DNA of 64,000 bases, taken from positions 29,140,001-29,204,000 of the forward strand of contig JAQFVV010000003.1 of NCBI GenBank assembly GCA_028023455.1. The letters run 5' to 3'. Below the pieces are notes generated by a model that was not told the DNA's origin, did not search any database, and saw only the letters and a program-made list of their open reading frames with translations. Each line of letters begins with the position of its first letter. Positions within the stretch are counted from its first letter, which is position 1. Both the position numbers and the translations under genes were made by a program. This DNA comes from Epiperipatus broadwayi. Lineage: Eukaryota; Animalia; Onychophora. Below, piece by piece: positions 40,227 through 52,590 of this stretch.

Positions 40227-43200
40227 GTTGTAAAGAAGTTTTGTTAATTTATATTGGATTTTCTTTTTTGAGTTACAGAACCATAAACCACAAAAACTTT
40301 GCATACGTGCTATGTTCAATAATGTCATAAGAACTTGTTAAATTATGGCACTTTAATAATTAGATTAGATTTTAAATTATGATGTCTTTTTTCAGTGCTT
40401 CTCTGCAAAGAAGCTATTTCTATTCACAGTCTACTAAAGAATATACTCAAAATTTATGTGCATAAAAATAATATAAAATGCTAAACAAAGCTATATTAAA
40501 AAAAATTAATAATACAGCTGTAATAGGTGAATAAAAAAAATTATATTAGTATATATGCTCTTGGCTATAAGAAAATACTTTCTCAAAAAAAATATTCCTC
40601 AGGAAAAAAATTACTCAAAGAAAAAATTCTACAATTTATAAAATATAGAATATGGTTTATACAAAATATTACCATTACCCAAAACATTAATCATAAATCT
40701 TTATAATTTTTCCATTAGAGGATTTTCCCCTGCAACTCATGCTTTTTGGAAATTAAAATTTAAAATTACCATCATCAATTGAAAAATAAATTAATATGCT
40801 CCTAAAATATGTGAAATGCACATCAAATATATAAAAAAAATTTCAAATATTTTAAACAAATATAACAAAACAAAAATGTTTTAAATAATGTGTTATTCAA
40901 AACTGCATTTTGAAATTTGAACATGAATTCAATTAAGTGGCTACTATCACGTTTTAAAATTAAGAGTATCTGGGATATTATGTATTAATTTGTTTTTCTA
41001 CATCTGAATAATTTAAGTACTTAAAATATTCAGCACATACATATGTATGATGCACATTTAACATACATTTTTTAACATGATAGTAGGAGTTTCTTACTAC
41101 TGAAGATGGGAAAATTTAAATTTTAATTGCTATAGTATGCTTTAATCTATTTTAATACTATGCTGAATAAAATATAAAAACTTACCATTCTTATAAGTGC
41201 ACGTTACACACACACACATACACAGAGAAGAATTACTATAAAAGAATCGTATGATTTCACAGTTTTCACAAACTAAATGAAAAGTAACACCAGCAGCCAT
41301 CAGATTTTTAATAAATTGTATTGAAGACTTATCTCCCATGACACTCTATAGATAGGACTCATGAGACATTTTTTTAATGATGACTTCCCCATTATCTATA
41401 TCAGATACCCAATGACTTTTAACAGGATTACATTATATTTGCTGCATTTTTTACACCCTTACCGAACAGTCTGGTTAAAGTAAGAAACTAAATCAATATG
41501 GCCATTATCATTATAAAGAGGGTTAGGCTCAATTAAATTATGACTTTACTATTTGCCAATCATATTAAAAAATCTATAAAATTTATGAATTTTACCTCCT
41601 TCTCATACGTGTAAATGTGCAATATACTCTTCAAAATATAGTATTCTGAGAAATCAACTAATACTTTATAGTAATTGAAGTCTACAACCATTCTAATAAT
41701 AAATATTTAAAAAATAAGACTAATATTAATGAATTACCAATTGCCTTTCCAACAAAATGTTCAGATATTCCATGACTGGGAGATTCGTAAAATTATCCTA
41801 TATAAATATATTTTGAAAAATGCAATAAACATTAAATTAAGCAACAAAATATTACAAATTATTTTTTGATAATTATATGACTAATGAATATTATAATAGT
41901 TAAGCACAAATTACATATTATTTTTCATGTGTTCACATACATTCACTACTGAATAATAAACATATTTGATGATTTTGAAATTTAAAAAGCAAGGTCATTC
42001 ACTATATAACAATTTCCTATGTAGTTATCACAAATCATTTACAGTTTTGTCTGAAAAAAATACTTATTAAGACTGTAGTAAGATTATGTAAGTGCTTGCT
42101 AAAAAAAAAATCTCATTACTATTGCTCAATTGCAATTTCAAGGTTTGTGACACATCTACATACAATGTCTGCTATTGTTAAATATAATACAAAATTCCTC
42201 TAATGAAATTGTTGGATCATACTTGGAATAAGGAATATATAATAAAAGTCAGGAAATACAAAATCTTATTGCAAATTGACTTATATCTTTACTAATCTGA
42301 TTTTATAATTTCAACATGAAAATACAGCATAAATGTTGCATAATTATACAAACACAGTTTAAAAGTTGTGATTTATATAATTACTATAGCTATTAACTGT
42401 TGATTAGTGTTGGTATGAAATTCCTTTTAGATAACTATTTGATCTTTATTTTTTATTTTTATGACATATAAAGTAATAATAGTTGTAAACATTTTGCTTT
42501 CTTACTGGAATTACATATCAACTTAGTAAGGATATCATTCCTCATTCCTTATCATTAAGGTGGGATGATTCTGTAACCTCATTATTTCGTTTAGAAACAA
42601 TGATTTATCCACTACTCTTTTAAAATACTCAAAAGCAAAGTATACATATCTGTTATAAAAGAAGCAAATCACATACACACACACACAAAATAAATCCACA
42701 AATAAAAAATATGATTTTGTTGCTATTGTATGTACAGAATAAATTAAGGACCCGCATACAATGAAATTTTAAAAGACATGTTTAAATATGAATTTCTACA
42801 AATCTTAGTAATGATTTTCAACAAATATTAATCAATATACATAACATATAAATTCATTTTTTCTATCATTTTAAAAAATGAAATAAATATTTTTTAAATA
42901 CATCATGTATGTGTGTGCATATATATACACATTGATTTTTTATTTTGTTTACAGTTGTAATTTAAATTTGCATATGTTTGTTCATCTGCATAACAAACTG
43001 AAACCTAAAACTCGGTGTATTTTCAGTAAAGTTAGCTATAATTATGGTGAATACCGAAAATACATTCAGCTTGAGGTTATAAAGAAGATAGAAACCACTT
43101 TTACGCAAACAAACAATGTATGCAAATTATTTGTCTTTGTAGATGTTTGATTGCGGTCAATGTTAGCAATACTCACCACCAATCACTACATAAATAGCCA

Positions 43201-43352
43201 TGAATAGAATGTTATTATAACTGAAAAGAAGCTCCTTCATTCCTCTTTGAAGCCTAAAGAAAATGAACAGAGTAAACTTCTAATATCATTGCACTTGTTA
43301 TTACTATTCAGATGGTAAAGTGAATGTGCATGAACTATTAATTAATATGCAT

Positions 43353-44187
43353 CAGAACAGGCAAAACTCACTATACGTATTGCCACACAGAGCAAGCTAG
43401 AGTAATCAATGGATGCCAGAAGGCCCGTGCATAAAATCCCCATCTAATGCCTACTCATCCAATATCCCCAGACTAGTTTCTGGCCTGTAACCTTTGTCAG
43501 TAAGGAGCCTTGGATCTGAGAGCACTGCGCCTAGATCTTAGGATCTAATGCATCCCTCCAGCAGCCACATTTTATCTCCACTTAACTACAAAACTATGAA
43601 TCTTAAAATGAAAACATCTTAATGTTTGATTACTTTAGCTTGCTGTGTGTGGCAATACATATAGTGAGTTTTGCCTGTTTTAAAACAGTTATAGACAAGC
43701 ATAAGAAGAGGTGGTCATGTGATGTTTATTGGCTTAAAACCAATCCTGCCTAATAGGATAGTGGTGGCTATGGTTATTAAAGAACCAAAGACACCAAAAT
43801 GTTTGGGTACTGAACTGAGTTCAGACCCATATGACTATATAAGCTAATGGGCTTGGATTGAAAACATTAAGGGGTTTTCAGTTTAAGAGTCATAGTTTTG
43901 TAGGTAAGTGTAGATAAAAGGTGGCTGCTGGAGGGTTGCATTAGATCCTAAGATCTAGGTGCAGTGCTCTCAGATCCAAGGCTCCTCACTGATGAAGGCC
44001 ACAAGCCAGAAACTAGTCTGGGGATATTGGATGAGTAGGCACTAGATGGGGATTTTATGCATGAGTTTTCTGGCATCCAATGATTACTCTAGCTTGCTGT
44101 GTGTGGCAATATGTATAGTGAGTTTTGCCTGTTTTAAAACAGTTATACACAAGCATAAGAAGTGGTTGTCATGTGATGTTTATTGGC
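43353..44187. mobile_element. Family A fold-back copy (inverted partial + direct 1.2-mer)
   Basis: Inverted part 43353-43622, direct part 43628-44187 with a 454-nt period. 11-bp TSD TTAATATGCAT at 43342-43352 and 44188-44198. Confidence 0.85.
43983..44024 (+). ncRNA. Minimal type I hammerhead ribozyme (family A, best-preserved copy)
   Basis: TCCTCA-CTGATGA-AGGC-CACAA-GCCA-GAAAC-TA-GTC-TGGGGA. Stem I is TCCTCA/TGGGGA, stem II is GGC/GCC, stem III has the palindrome ACTAGT, and the cleavage triplet is GUC. Confidence 0.75.
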
Positions 44188-45549
44188 TTAATATGCATAA
44201 GTTGGAATGAAGAGTTTATGGGCTTTTATCTTTCAGATGCTTAATAATTCTTGACTGAGATTATAATAACTTTTTTGAAGAAAGGATGAATGGTTGCATG
44301 TATGTGTGTGAATGTGAATTTTCTTTTATATTTGTAATCATGACAGACTAAAATATATTATATTCCTTATTTATCATAAAATCATTAATCAATGCAATAA
44401 CTGATAACTGAAATGATAAGTATCACTTGGTTATGGATCTAGGCTGCTTTTTGAGAATGATCTTCAATTTAGCTATAGACAACTGTGGATTATTTTCAAA
44501 TAAGTAAAGATTGGATAAACTGAGAATGTACGCATTAGTGGATTATCTAATATTAATATTTGAAAGCAAAACTGGAATGAGATCCATAACAAATAAAAGA
44601 CAAAGTAGCAAAATTAATTGTAAACTAAATAAAAGATACCAAAGATAATTAAAATTTATGTTCATTGTGATGAAGAAAAAGAGGATTTTGATACAGATGT
44701 ACAGAATGCTATTAATCAGATTTTAAATCTAGAATTATAAAACAATTGAAATATGAAAGTGCAATGAGTAAATTTAGTTATAGAGAGAAAAAAATGTAGA
44801 CGTGGAACATTTGTCAAAAAAAAATTGTATATTAGGAATTCCATTTTGAAAAAAATCCAAGGCATAAATGGTCATGGAAGCATAAAATTAAATTATAGCA
44901 GATTTGTATTTTGATTAATAAAAAATATGTATTTCAATAAAAAAACAAAAACATCAATGATAAGTGAGATATCAAAACTATAGAGATAAAAGCTATCAAA
45001 AAAAGATAGCATCAACAATCAATATTCTTAATTTAAAGAATTATTTTAAACTGTGAATAAACTATGAAATCAAACTTGAATAAAATCGATAACTGTACTC
45101 TACTAAGAATTGACACAAAAAATGACAATTCATCAATACATTTTCAATTGAAACATGAAAAAGAATATAACTGTGAATTAAGAGGGGGGGGGTAGAAGAG
45201 GAGTCTAAAAATATAAAATAACAACTTGCTCTTATAATAAAAATTGTTTAGATAGTAAAAAGAAAAGATAGCACTTTTACCACAAAACAAAATGATATCA
45301 TGAAGTGTAAAAAAGAATTAAGAAGTTCAGTAAACACTATACAGTGATCATTAGGAACAGCAACTATTTACAAAAGAGTATGGTCATTCCAATTCCATAA
45401 GGAAAAAAGATAAAAAGACAAAACAAAAATAATAATTAATAAATTAATAATAATACATATTTCTACAAAGCAATCTAACAGCCATAAATACTGTCACATA
45501 TAGATCACACGGTTTATTATTCTATTTAAATTATATTTGCAATATTATT

Positions 45550-46900
45550 TTTTAACTTCTTTCTGCAGTAAACTTTTCTTTCTAAAATATTTCAGTACCA
45601 TGTTTATTATAGTTCTCCACTATATTTTCATCATATTTTTCTAAAGGAAACAATCAACACTGCACTTCTTTAGAATCTCTTTGATATAATCTTTATAATA
45701 ATATAAAGGGGATAAACCACTCCCATAAAAACAATATTCAAGTTCATTCTAAAATATTTTTTTCAGGAAGTCTTGTATTTTTCATTTGTTTCAAATGTTC
45801 TATCTGATTAAGATGTGATTTTAAAATAATGATCTTTATAATGTCACATCCAGAAAGTCAAAAAACATACTGACTGATCTTGTTATTGTATTTTTAGTAT
45901 TTTATGGAAAATCCTTTTATATTATATCAATAGAGTGTCCAAGTCTCACTTTCTTACAATAAATTAGGTAAATAACAGCTCTCTATATATAGTTTAAATG
46001 GCTGCAATAATTGTTTCTCTGTAATGGAATATCCTATCTTTGACATGGTAAAGAGCAGCACTAGAATCTGTGCTAAACCTCAATAAATTCTTTTTCTACT
46101 TAAAAAAGTACCAAGATGTTAAATTGGTTTACATTCTCAAGTTGATAAACCATCCATGCTAAAAGTTTCTTCCAATATTTAAAATACTAAGTACAACATT
46201 TTTATATTGCCTTTAACATTGACAAGGACTACACAATCATCAGCATACTGTAAATTCAGAATCCAAACAGATGACAATCTTATTTTTGCCTTAAGTTGAT
46301 CACATTAAAAATTCCCATCTGCATCTTGATCTTTGATTCATTCCAAAGACCACTATCATAAAAATTGACAACATAGTTGGAGTTATTATGCAACTTATTT
46401 AACATCAATTTTCCATTTCAAATGTCTCATATTTTCTATTCTGCAGTAATAACACTTCCTTTCATTTCATCATGTAGAAGCTCTACTAAACTTTGGTGAA
46501 CAATTTAAATGGAGCCACAATCCTACATTAAATCAAATGCCTTGACTAAAAATTTTTTTTTTGATACCTTTCTTGCATTTGTTGGGCAACAAAACCATAT
46601 CTATAGTAGTTTTTTATTCTTGAAAATTATACTGAGTCTCTGACTCGAAGCAACCTCTCAATAAAAACCTTAACACCTTTATTGTAATGGATAATATTCC
46701 GTAATTATTGCAAACTTGTCCAATATCTACCTTATTTTTAAAAACAGGAACAATAGAAGCATCCTTAAGATTACATGGACGATATCATGAATTCATACAT
46801 TCTTAAAAAATTTCAATGTTTTTGAAATTAACATATAAAAATAGTGCTCTTTCCATTTTTAAGTTTGCTATGAACTGTTTTCACTGCATTAAGCTAGATA
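45550..46900 (-). mobile_element. Degenerate RTE-clade RT remnant
   Basis: LKDASIVPVFKNK...CNNYGI at ~46690-46770 and LNLQYADDCVVLV at ~46220-46260. Confidence 0.75.
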
Positions 46901-48149
46901 TCTCTGCCCAAATTTATAATGAATAGGTAAAATAGATATCTTTAAAAATTATCATCTCAATAAAAAATTACAAAACTCTATCTAATATTACATTTTTCTA
47001 TTTTTTTTTTACTTTAAATAATAAATATCTGGGAATAAATAGTTATTTTACAGTATAACAAAACCCATATTTACCTCTCACTAGACACGTATGTACTATC
47101 AAATATATATGAGGCATATTAATATTTAATTAATTAATTTGACCTAAAAAATATTATTATTTAAACTTGTGGTCATTCTCGCAACTGTGATATATCCCCA
47201 ACGCGTATTTATGGTCGTCCAAGGACACCAAGCGCCAAACTTATACGGATATAAGTATTACACGAAGTAGATATATCACCAACAAGAATACTATTTACGG
47301 AATGTGAGAGAGGTTCTGACCACCAGCTAGCTCAGTCTCATGGTCGGGTGACGTCATAGCCGTGAGTAGCTATGAATGGGGTAAAGAGTTCACTTTTATT
47401 TCTATTTTTAAGTCTAAAAATATCTAAACAATCCTAAACCAAATAAAATGATTTTATAAACAATCAAACTGAGTCAGTACTTTACTTTCTTGATATATGT
47501 TTATTGAATAAAAAAAAATAATAATAATATTTAGCACTCTGTCATTTTTCCCTTTTTTTTATCGCAATCATACGTCATTCTCTCATAGATCTCACAACAT
47601 ATCTTAAGTAGCGAAAATCGATACTACGAAAGTTTGTATCATGTGACTTTTAACCCTCGTTGCTTTCGTACGTCCATAATGGAGCGACACTTTAAAGAAT
47701 TATCATAAAGTTATTTCACAAGTCACCTTTCACTGATTATAAAAACACAAAAATTTCTTTTTTATAAAGAAGATTTTTAACAGATTAATAATAAGAGTTC
47801 TTTACCTGCTTTCCCGGGAAGTAGCAGAAGCAATTTTTATTTATTTTATTTATTGTTCTATAGTTCCGTTCCTCAGGTAATTAGGCCATTCAAGGTAGCG
47901 ATCTTAGATTTTTCTATGTCCGTTGGCTGATGAGGTTTATTTGATTCCACGCTGGAATTATGTGTTATTCGAGGTATCCTGGTTTTATGGAAGCAGCTGC
48001 AGTAAGTTGGGATCAGGGGCTTGAATCCGATGCGGCTTTTCTTACCCCGACATGTCTGTTGAAACCGCCATTATATAGTTTTAAATATTCACTCGTTGAG
48101 TTGTTTACTATTGTAGCTCTGCCGGAAAAAGATCCTATGCATTGTGGGT

Positions 48150-48170
48150 GGCTCGCTTTTATAGCCCCCT
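48150..48170 (-). promoter_or_regulatory. TATA box in LTR U3 (also in the 5' LTR at ~51088-51108)
   Basis: Minus strand reads GGGGGCTATAAAAGCGAGCC. Confidence 0.5.
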
Positions 48171-48581
48171 CCATTGTTTCTAGAAGCTTCTTTTTACCTC
48201 ACTTCCGATCTTCAAGGTGGAATAACCAGATCCGTAGAAGTGTGATAACTCGTGTCGTCATTTCTGTTTTAAATAACAGAACAATCAAATCCCGTTCTGC
48301 CGGAAAACTCTAGTTTTTCAACATGAAACAAAAAAAAAATCTCGTTTCTCTCTTTCCACTACTTAATTTATTTATACACGCATTTATCACACACACATAT
48401 ATATCATTAAAAATGACAGAGTCCCTTCCCCCCATGTTTATGTATTTATAACCACCACCACGTAATAACAAAATTAAATATTAGATATATCTTTACATAT
48501 ATATATGACTACCAATTAAATACTTTATTTGTGACTGGGTTCGAACCCATACTGTCACAATACCCCCTCCTCCAAAAGCCT

Positions 48582-49568
48582 TCAAATACATTTGCGTATT
48601 TTGAACGGCTCCTTTTGTACAACACTTATGTATCTCGCCCAATATGCACCTCTCCTTCTTTTCCTGGTCCGAACTTCGGCTTCTCCGGTGGTCTCCTCTT
48701 CGGGTGTTGCTCTCCATTTTGGAAAGGTATCCACTCCCGTTCTCCGCCCTCTTTCATCCCCTTTGACTGCTTCATGATGCCCGCCGTAGTCATATGAACT
48801 CATGTCAATGGCATTGAGCAGCTCCGCAATCTCTCCCAGTGATGCTTTCCCTGCCCCCAAAATCATCTGTTCCACTCTTATGGGCATACTGTGTCTTATA
48901 ATACGCAGTATATGACTTTCTGTCATGTTGCATGCATCCAATGTTCGCAGTCTAGCCACCTGTTTATGAAAGAATTGAGAGTAGCTATCATTGTACCCTT
49001 TCTTAAACTTTTCTTGCATAATTTGATAGCGCGTTAACTCCTGCCTATCCTCGGACCAAAAGGCCTCTCTCACTGCCTTTTTATATTCTTCAAAAGTAGC
49101 CGGATGTTGACCAAGCGCTTCCCACCATGACTGGGCATTGTCTATAAGGTTGCTGCACGCGATAACTATCTTACTTTCTTCCGACATGGGATTTATATTG
49201 AAATATTTTTCTAAACTACGTAGGTGCTCGACTGGTGCTTCCCCCATTCTTCCTGCAAATGGACGAACTTTTATGAATTGATTCATACTCCCTTGCACCA
49301 TCGTGTGACTTATTGCCGCTGCCGGCTTTCCCGAGGGGTTTGCTTGAGCGCCTTTCTTCTGTTCATCTCCACTCTCCATATCTGTCTTTTCACCTTCCTG
49401 TTCCCCAAAATCATTCTCGTCTTTGATTCCCAGTTTCTGTTCTAATCTGTCCATTCTCTTTTCTATCTCTCCAAATCTCAATTCTAGACTTTTGAGTTTT
49501 TTTAAAATTCACTCCAACATATTTTCCTGTTCCTCTTTTTCCATATTCTCTTGCGCTCTTGTTTTCAT
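48582..49568 (-). pseudogene. Retrotransposon gag (capsid, Retrotrans_gag/Arc-like fold) with one premature stop
   Basis: ATG at 49568 gives MKTRAQ...MLE, then TGA at 49509-49511, then the frame stays open to 48582. Capsid motif EHLRSLEKYF...NAQSWWEAL...TFEEYKKAVREAF. Confidence 0.85.
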
Positions 49569-51892
49569 AACTTTATCCTTTTTTATTTTACCTTCGATTA
49601 ATGCTTCGGACCCACTCCCCCATCCCAGCACCCTACACTGCCTTCCTGTTAGTCACTTTACCTCTCGAAACCTCATCGGATTAGACAAAGAAATTAAATT
49701 TAATAGTTTACGTATGTTTGATCTACTGCGCAGCTACGAAATGACAAGACTGGTTATTTCTTACTAGATATATATTTAACAAATTAACGCCCTTTGATTT
49801 ATTTAACGCTTCATTTGAACTATATATCCAAACAACCCTTTTCTTCCATAAAATATAAAACCTTTCGCTTTTCTCGCAATACTATAAACAAATATCGCTT
49901 GTTAACGTATTTCTAATATCTCATAACTCTCCCCATTCCCTCTACTTCCCTTCGAAAGCCCTTTAGTTGGGACGCCATTATAACAAAATCCGTATTAAAC
50001 AAAACCCGTATTTACCTCTCACTAGACACGTATGTACTATCAAATATATATGAGGCGTATTAATATTTAATTAATTAATTCGACCTAAAAAATATTATTA
50101 TTTAAACTTGTGGTCATTCTCACAACTGTGATATATCCCCAATGCGTATTTATGGTCATCCAAGGACACCAAGCGCCAAACTTATACGGATATAAGTATT
50201 ACACGAAGTAGATATATCACCAACAAGAATACTATTTACGGAATGTGAGAGGTTCTGACCACCAGCTAGCTCAGTCTCCTGGTCGGGTGACGTCATAGCC
50301 GTGAGTAGCTATGAATGGGGTAAAGAGATCACTTTTATTTCTATTTTTAAGTCTAAAGATATCTAAATAATCCTAAACCAAATAAAATGATTTTATAAAC
50401 AATCAAACTGAGTCAGTACTTTACTTTCTTGATATATGTTTATTGAATAAAAAATAATAATAATAATATTTAGCACTCTGTCATTTTTCCCTTTTTTTAT
50501 CGCAATCATACGTCATTCTCTCATAGATCTCACAACATATCTTAAGCAGCGAAAATCGATACTACAAAAGTTTGTATCATGTGACTTTTAACCCTCATTG
50601 CTTTCGTACGTCCATAATGGAGCGACACTTTAAAGAATTATCATAAAGTTATTTCACAAGTCACCTTTCACTGATTATAAAAACACAAAAATTTCTTTTT
50701 TATAAAGAAGATTTTTAACAGATTAATAATAAGAGTTCTTTACCTGCTTTCCCGGGAAGTAGCAGAAGCAATTTTTATTTATTTTATTTATTGTTCTATA
50801 GTTCCGTTCCTCAGGTAATTAGGCCATTCAAGGTAGCGATCTTAGATTTTTCTATGTCCATTGGCTGATGAGGTTTATTTGATTCCACGCTGGAATTATG
50901 TGTTATTCGAGGTATCCTGGTTTTATGGAAGCAGCTGCAGTAAGTTGGGATCAGGGGCTTGAATCCGATGTGGCTTTTCTTACCCCGACATGTCTGTTGA
51001 AACCACCATTATATAGTTTTAAATATTCACTCGTTGAGTTGTTTACTATTGTAGCTCTGCCGGAAAAAGATCCTATGCATTGTGGGTGGCTCGCTTTTAT
51101 AGCCCCCTCCATTGTTTCTAGAAGCTTCTTTTTACCTCACTTCCGATCTTCAAGGTGGAATAACCAGATCCGTAGAAGTGTGATAACTCATGTCGTCATT
51201 TCTGTTTTAAATAACAGAACAATCAAATCCCGTTCTGCCGGAAGACTCTAGTTTTTCAACATGAAACAAAAAAAATATCGTTTCTCTCTTTCCACTACTT
51301 AATTTATTTATACACGCATTTATCACACACACATATATATCATTAAAAATGACAGAGTCGTCCCCGTCCCCCCATGTTTATGTATTTATAACCACCACCA
51401 CCACTTAATAACAAAATTAAATATTAGATATATCTTTACATATATATATGACTACCAATTAAATACTTTATTTGTGACTGGGTTTGAACCCATTCTGTCA
51501 CAACAGGGATCTTTTTTCTTTGAAATATTGCTGCCATCCAGAACATCAAAACTTATTAAAATATGGCAAAATAAATTTTAATTATGATTTTGTCTAGCCA
51601 TACCATAAATAAATAAAATAACTGAATAATTAATAGCTCATGTGACATTAGAGTATTGCAAGTGTTAGCTTGTGCACTGATCCAGGCTGTCACTTCAGGC
51701 TAAACCTCACAGAGCAGTACTATATGTAAAAATATGAAAGTAAAAACCTGTGAATACAACATCCAATATTTATTTTACCGAATATGTTGTTACAGAAAAG
51801 GAATAACATTAATAATATCAAAATTCTATGCAGATAACAAAAAAATACACATTTAAAAAATTAATATATAAAAAAAATCAAAGTGTACTAAC

Positions 51893-52513
51893 CAGTAGAT
51901 TTTTTAATAATAGTCCTAATTCTCTTTGCTTATTGATGAATCTGTAAAGAGCTATTAAACCTTCAACTTGATTATCATTTCCAGAATAATACTCTTTAAG
52001 AAGGTGAAGGCAATCAATTTCAGAAACTTTTTCTAAAGGCTGCACCCTGTGAGCCTCTTTAAAAATTTGACTGATACAGTTTGGACAATTTAATACTTCA
52101 TCATCAGAATAATCTTTAAGTTTAGTGTCGATGATACAAGAATTGATGGAAATACCATCAAACACTCTGAGAACTTTAATGGAAGGCTTATTTATTATTT
52201 GCTGCCTTAAAACAAAAAGGATTAACCTAGAGGTACTTTTTCCTTCCCAATTAGCACCAGAAGATGTTAGATCACTGCCCTTTTTTAAAAGACTTGTTAA
52301 AGAATTAGTGTCTGATAATAATTCTCTGGTACTGCTTTTAGTTTCTGAAAATGATTGGTCATTTTTGGAATATACTGTTTCAGAACTTTGCAGCATTTCT
52401 GAAGACGATAACCGTGACATTTTGGAATCCAAAATTAAACCTCTTCGAACAGTTGGCTTACAAAATTGATTTAATTTAATAATTTCATCTGGAAGAGTGA
52501 TATTTAGATTTAT
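51893..52513 (-). CDS. GTF3C1: GTF3C1 internal exon (207 codons)
   Basis: Acceptor ttattttcag, donor gttagt, 621 nt, phase 0 to 0, inside the 219-aa ORF. It begins INLNITLPDEII (cf. ISVDVRIPEQII) and contains DGISINSC (cf. DSIVVNSC). Confidence 0.85.
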
Positions 52514-52590
52514 CTGAAAATAACAATCAATTTGCATAAATTAAGACATATATATATATATAAAATGTCATTAATTAAAACAAAATTGTA

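Larger units (their letters stand above)
47054..51502 (-). mobile_element. Young non-autonomous gag-only Ty3/gypsy LTR retrotransposon
   Basis: LTRs at 49979-51502 (5') and 47054-48559 (3'), about 98% identical by eye. 4-bp TSD ACAG, PBS TGGCGTCCCAAC at 49966-49977, PPT GGAGGAGGGGGTAT at 48560-48573. Confidence 0.95.

Noticed and set aside
41186-41345. Candidate for the missing GTF3C1 exon (SVMGDKSSIQFIKNLMAAG...)
   Set aside because: It ends in phase 1, runs through a (GT)n microsatellite, and the motif it might mimic is already supplied by exon 29320-29445.
47960-48313. 117-aa plus-strand ORF present in both LTRs (also 50898-51251)
   Set aside because: It is antisense to the element and has no recognisable motif. 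Staying open in two ~98% identical copies is expected by chance.
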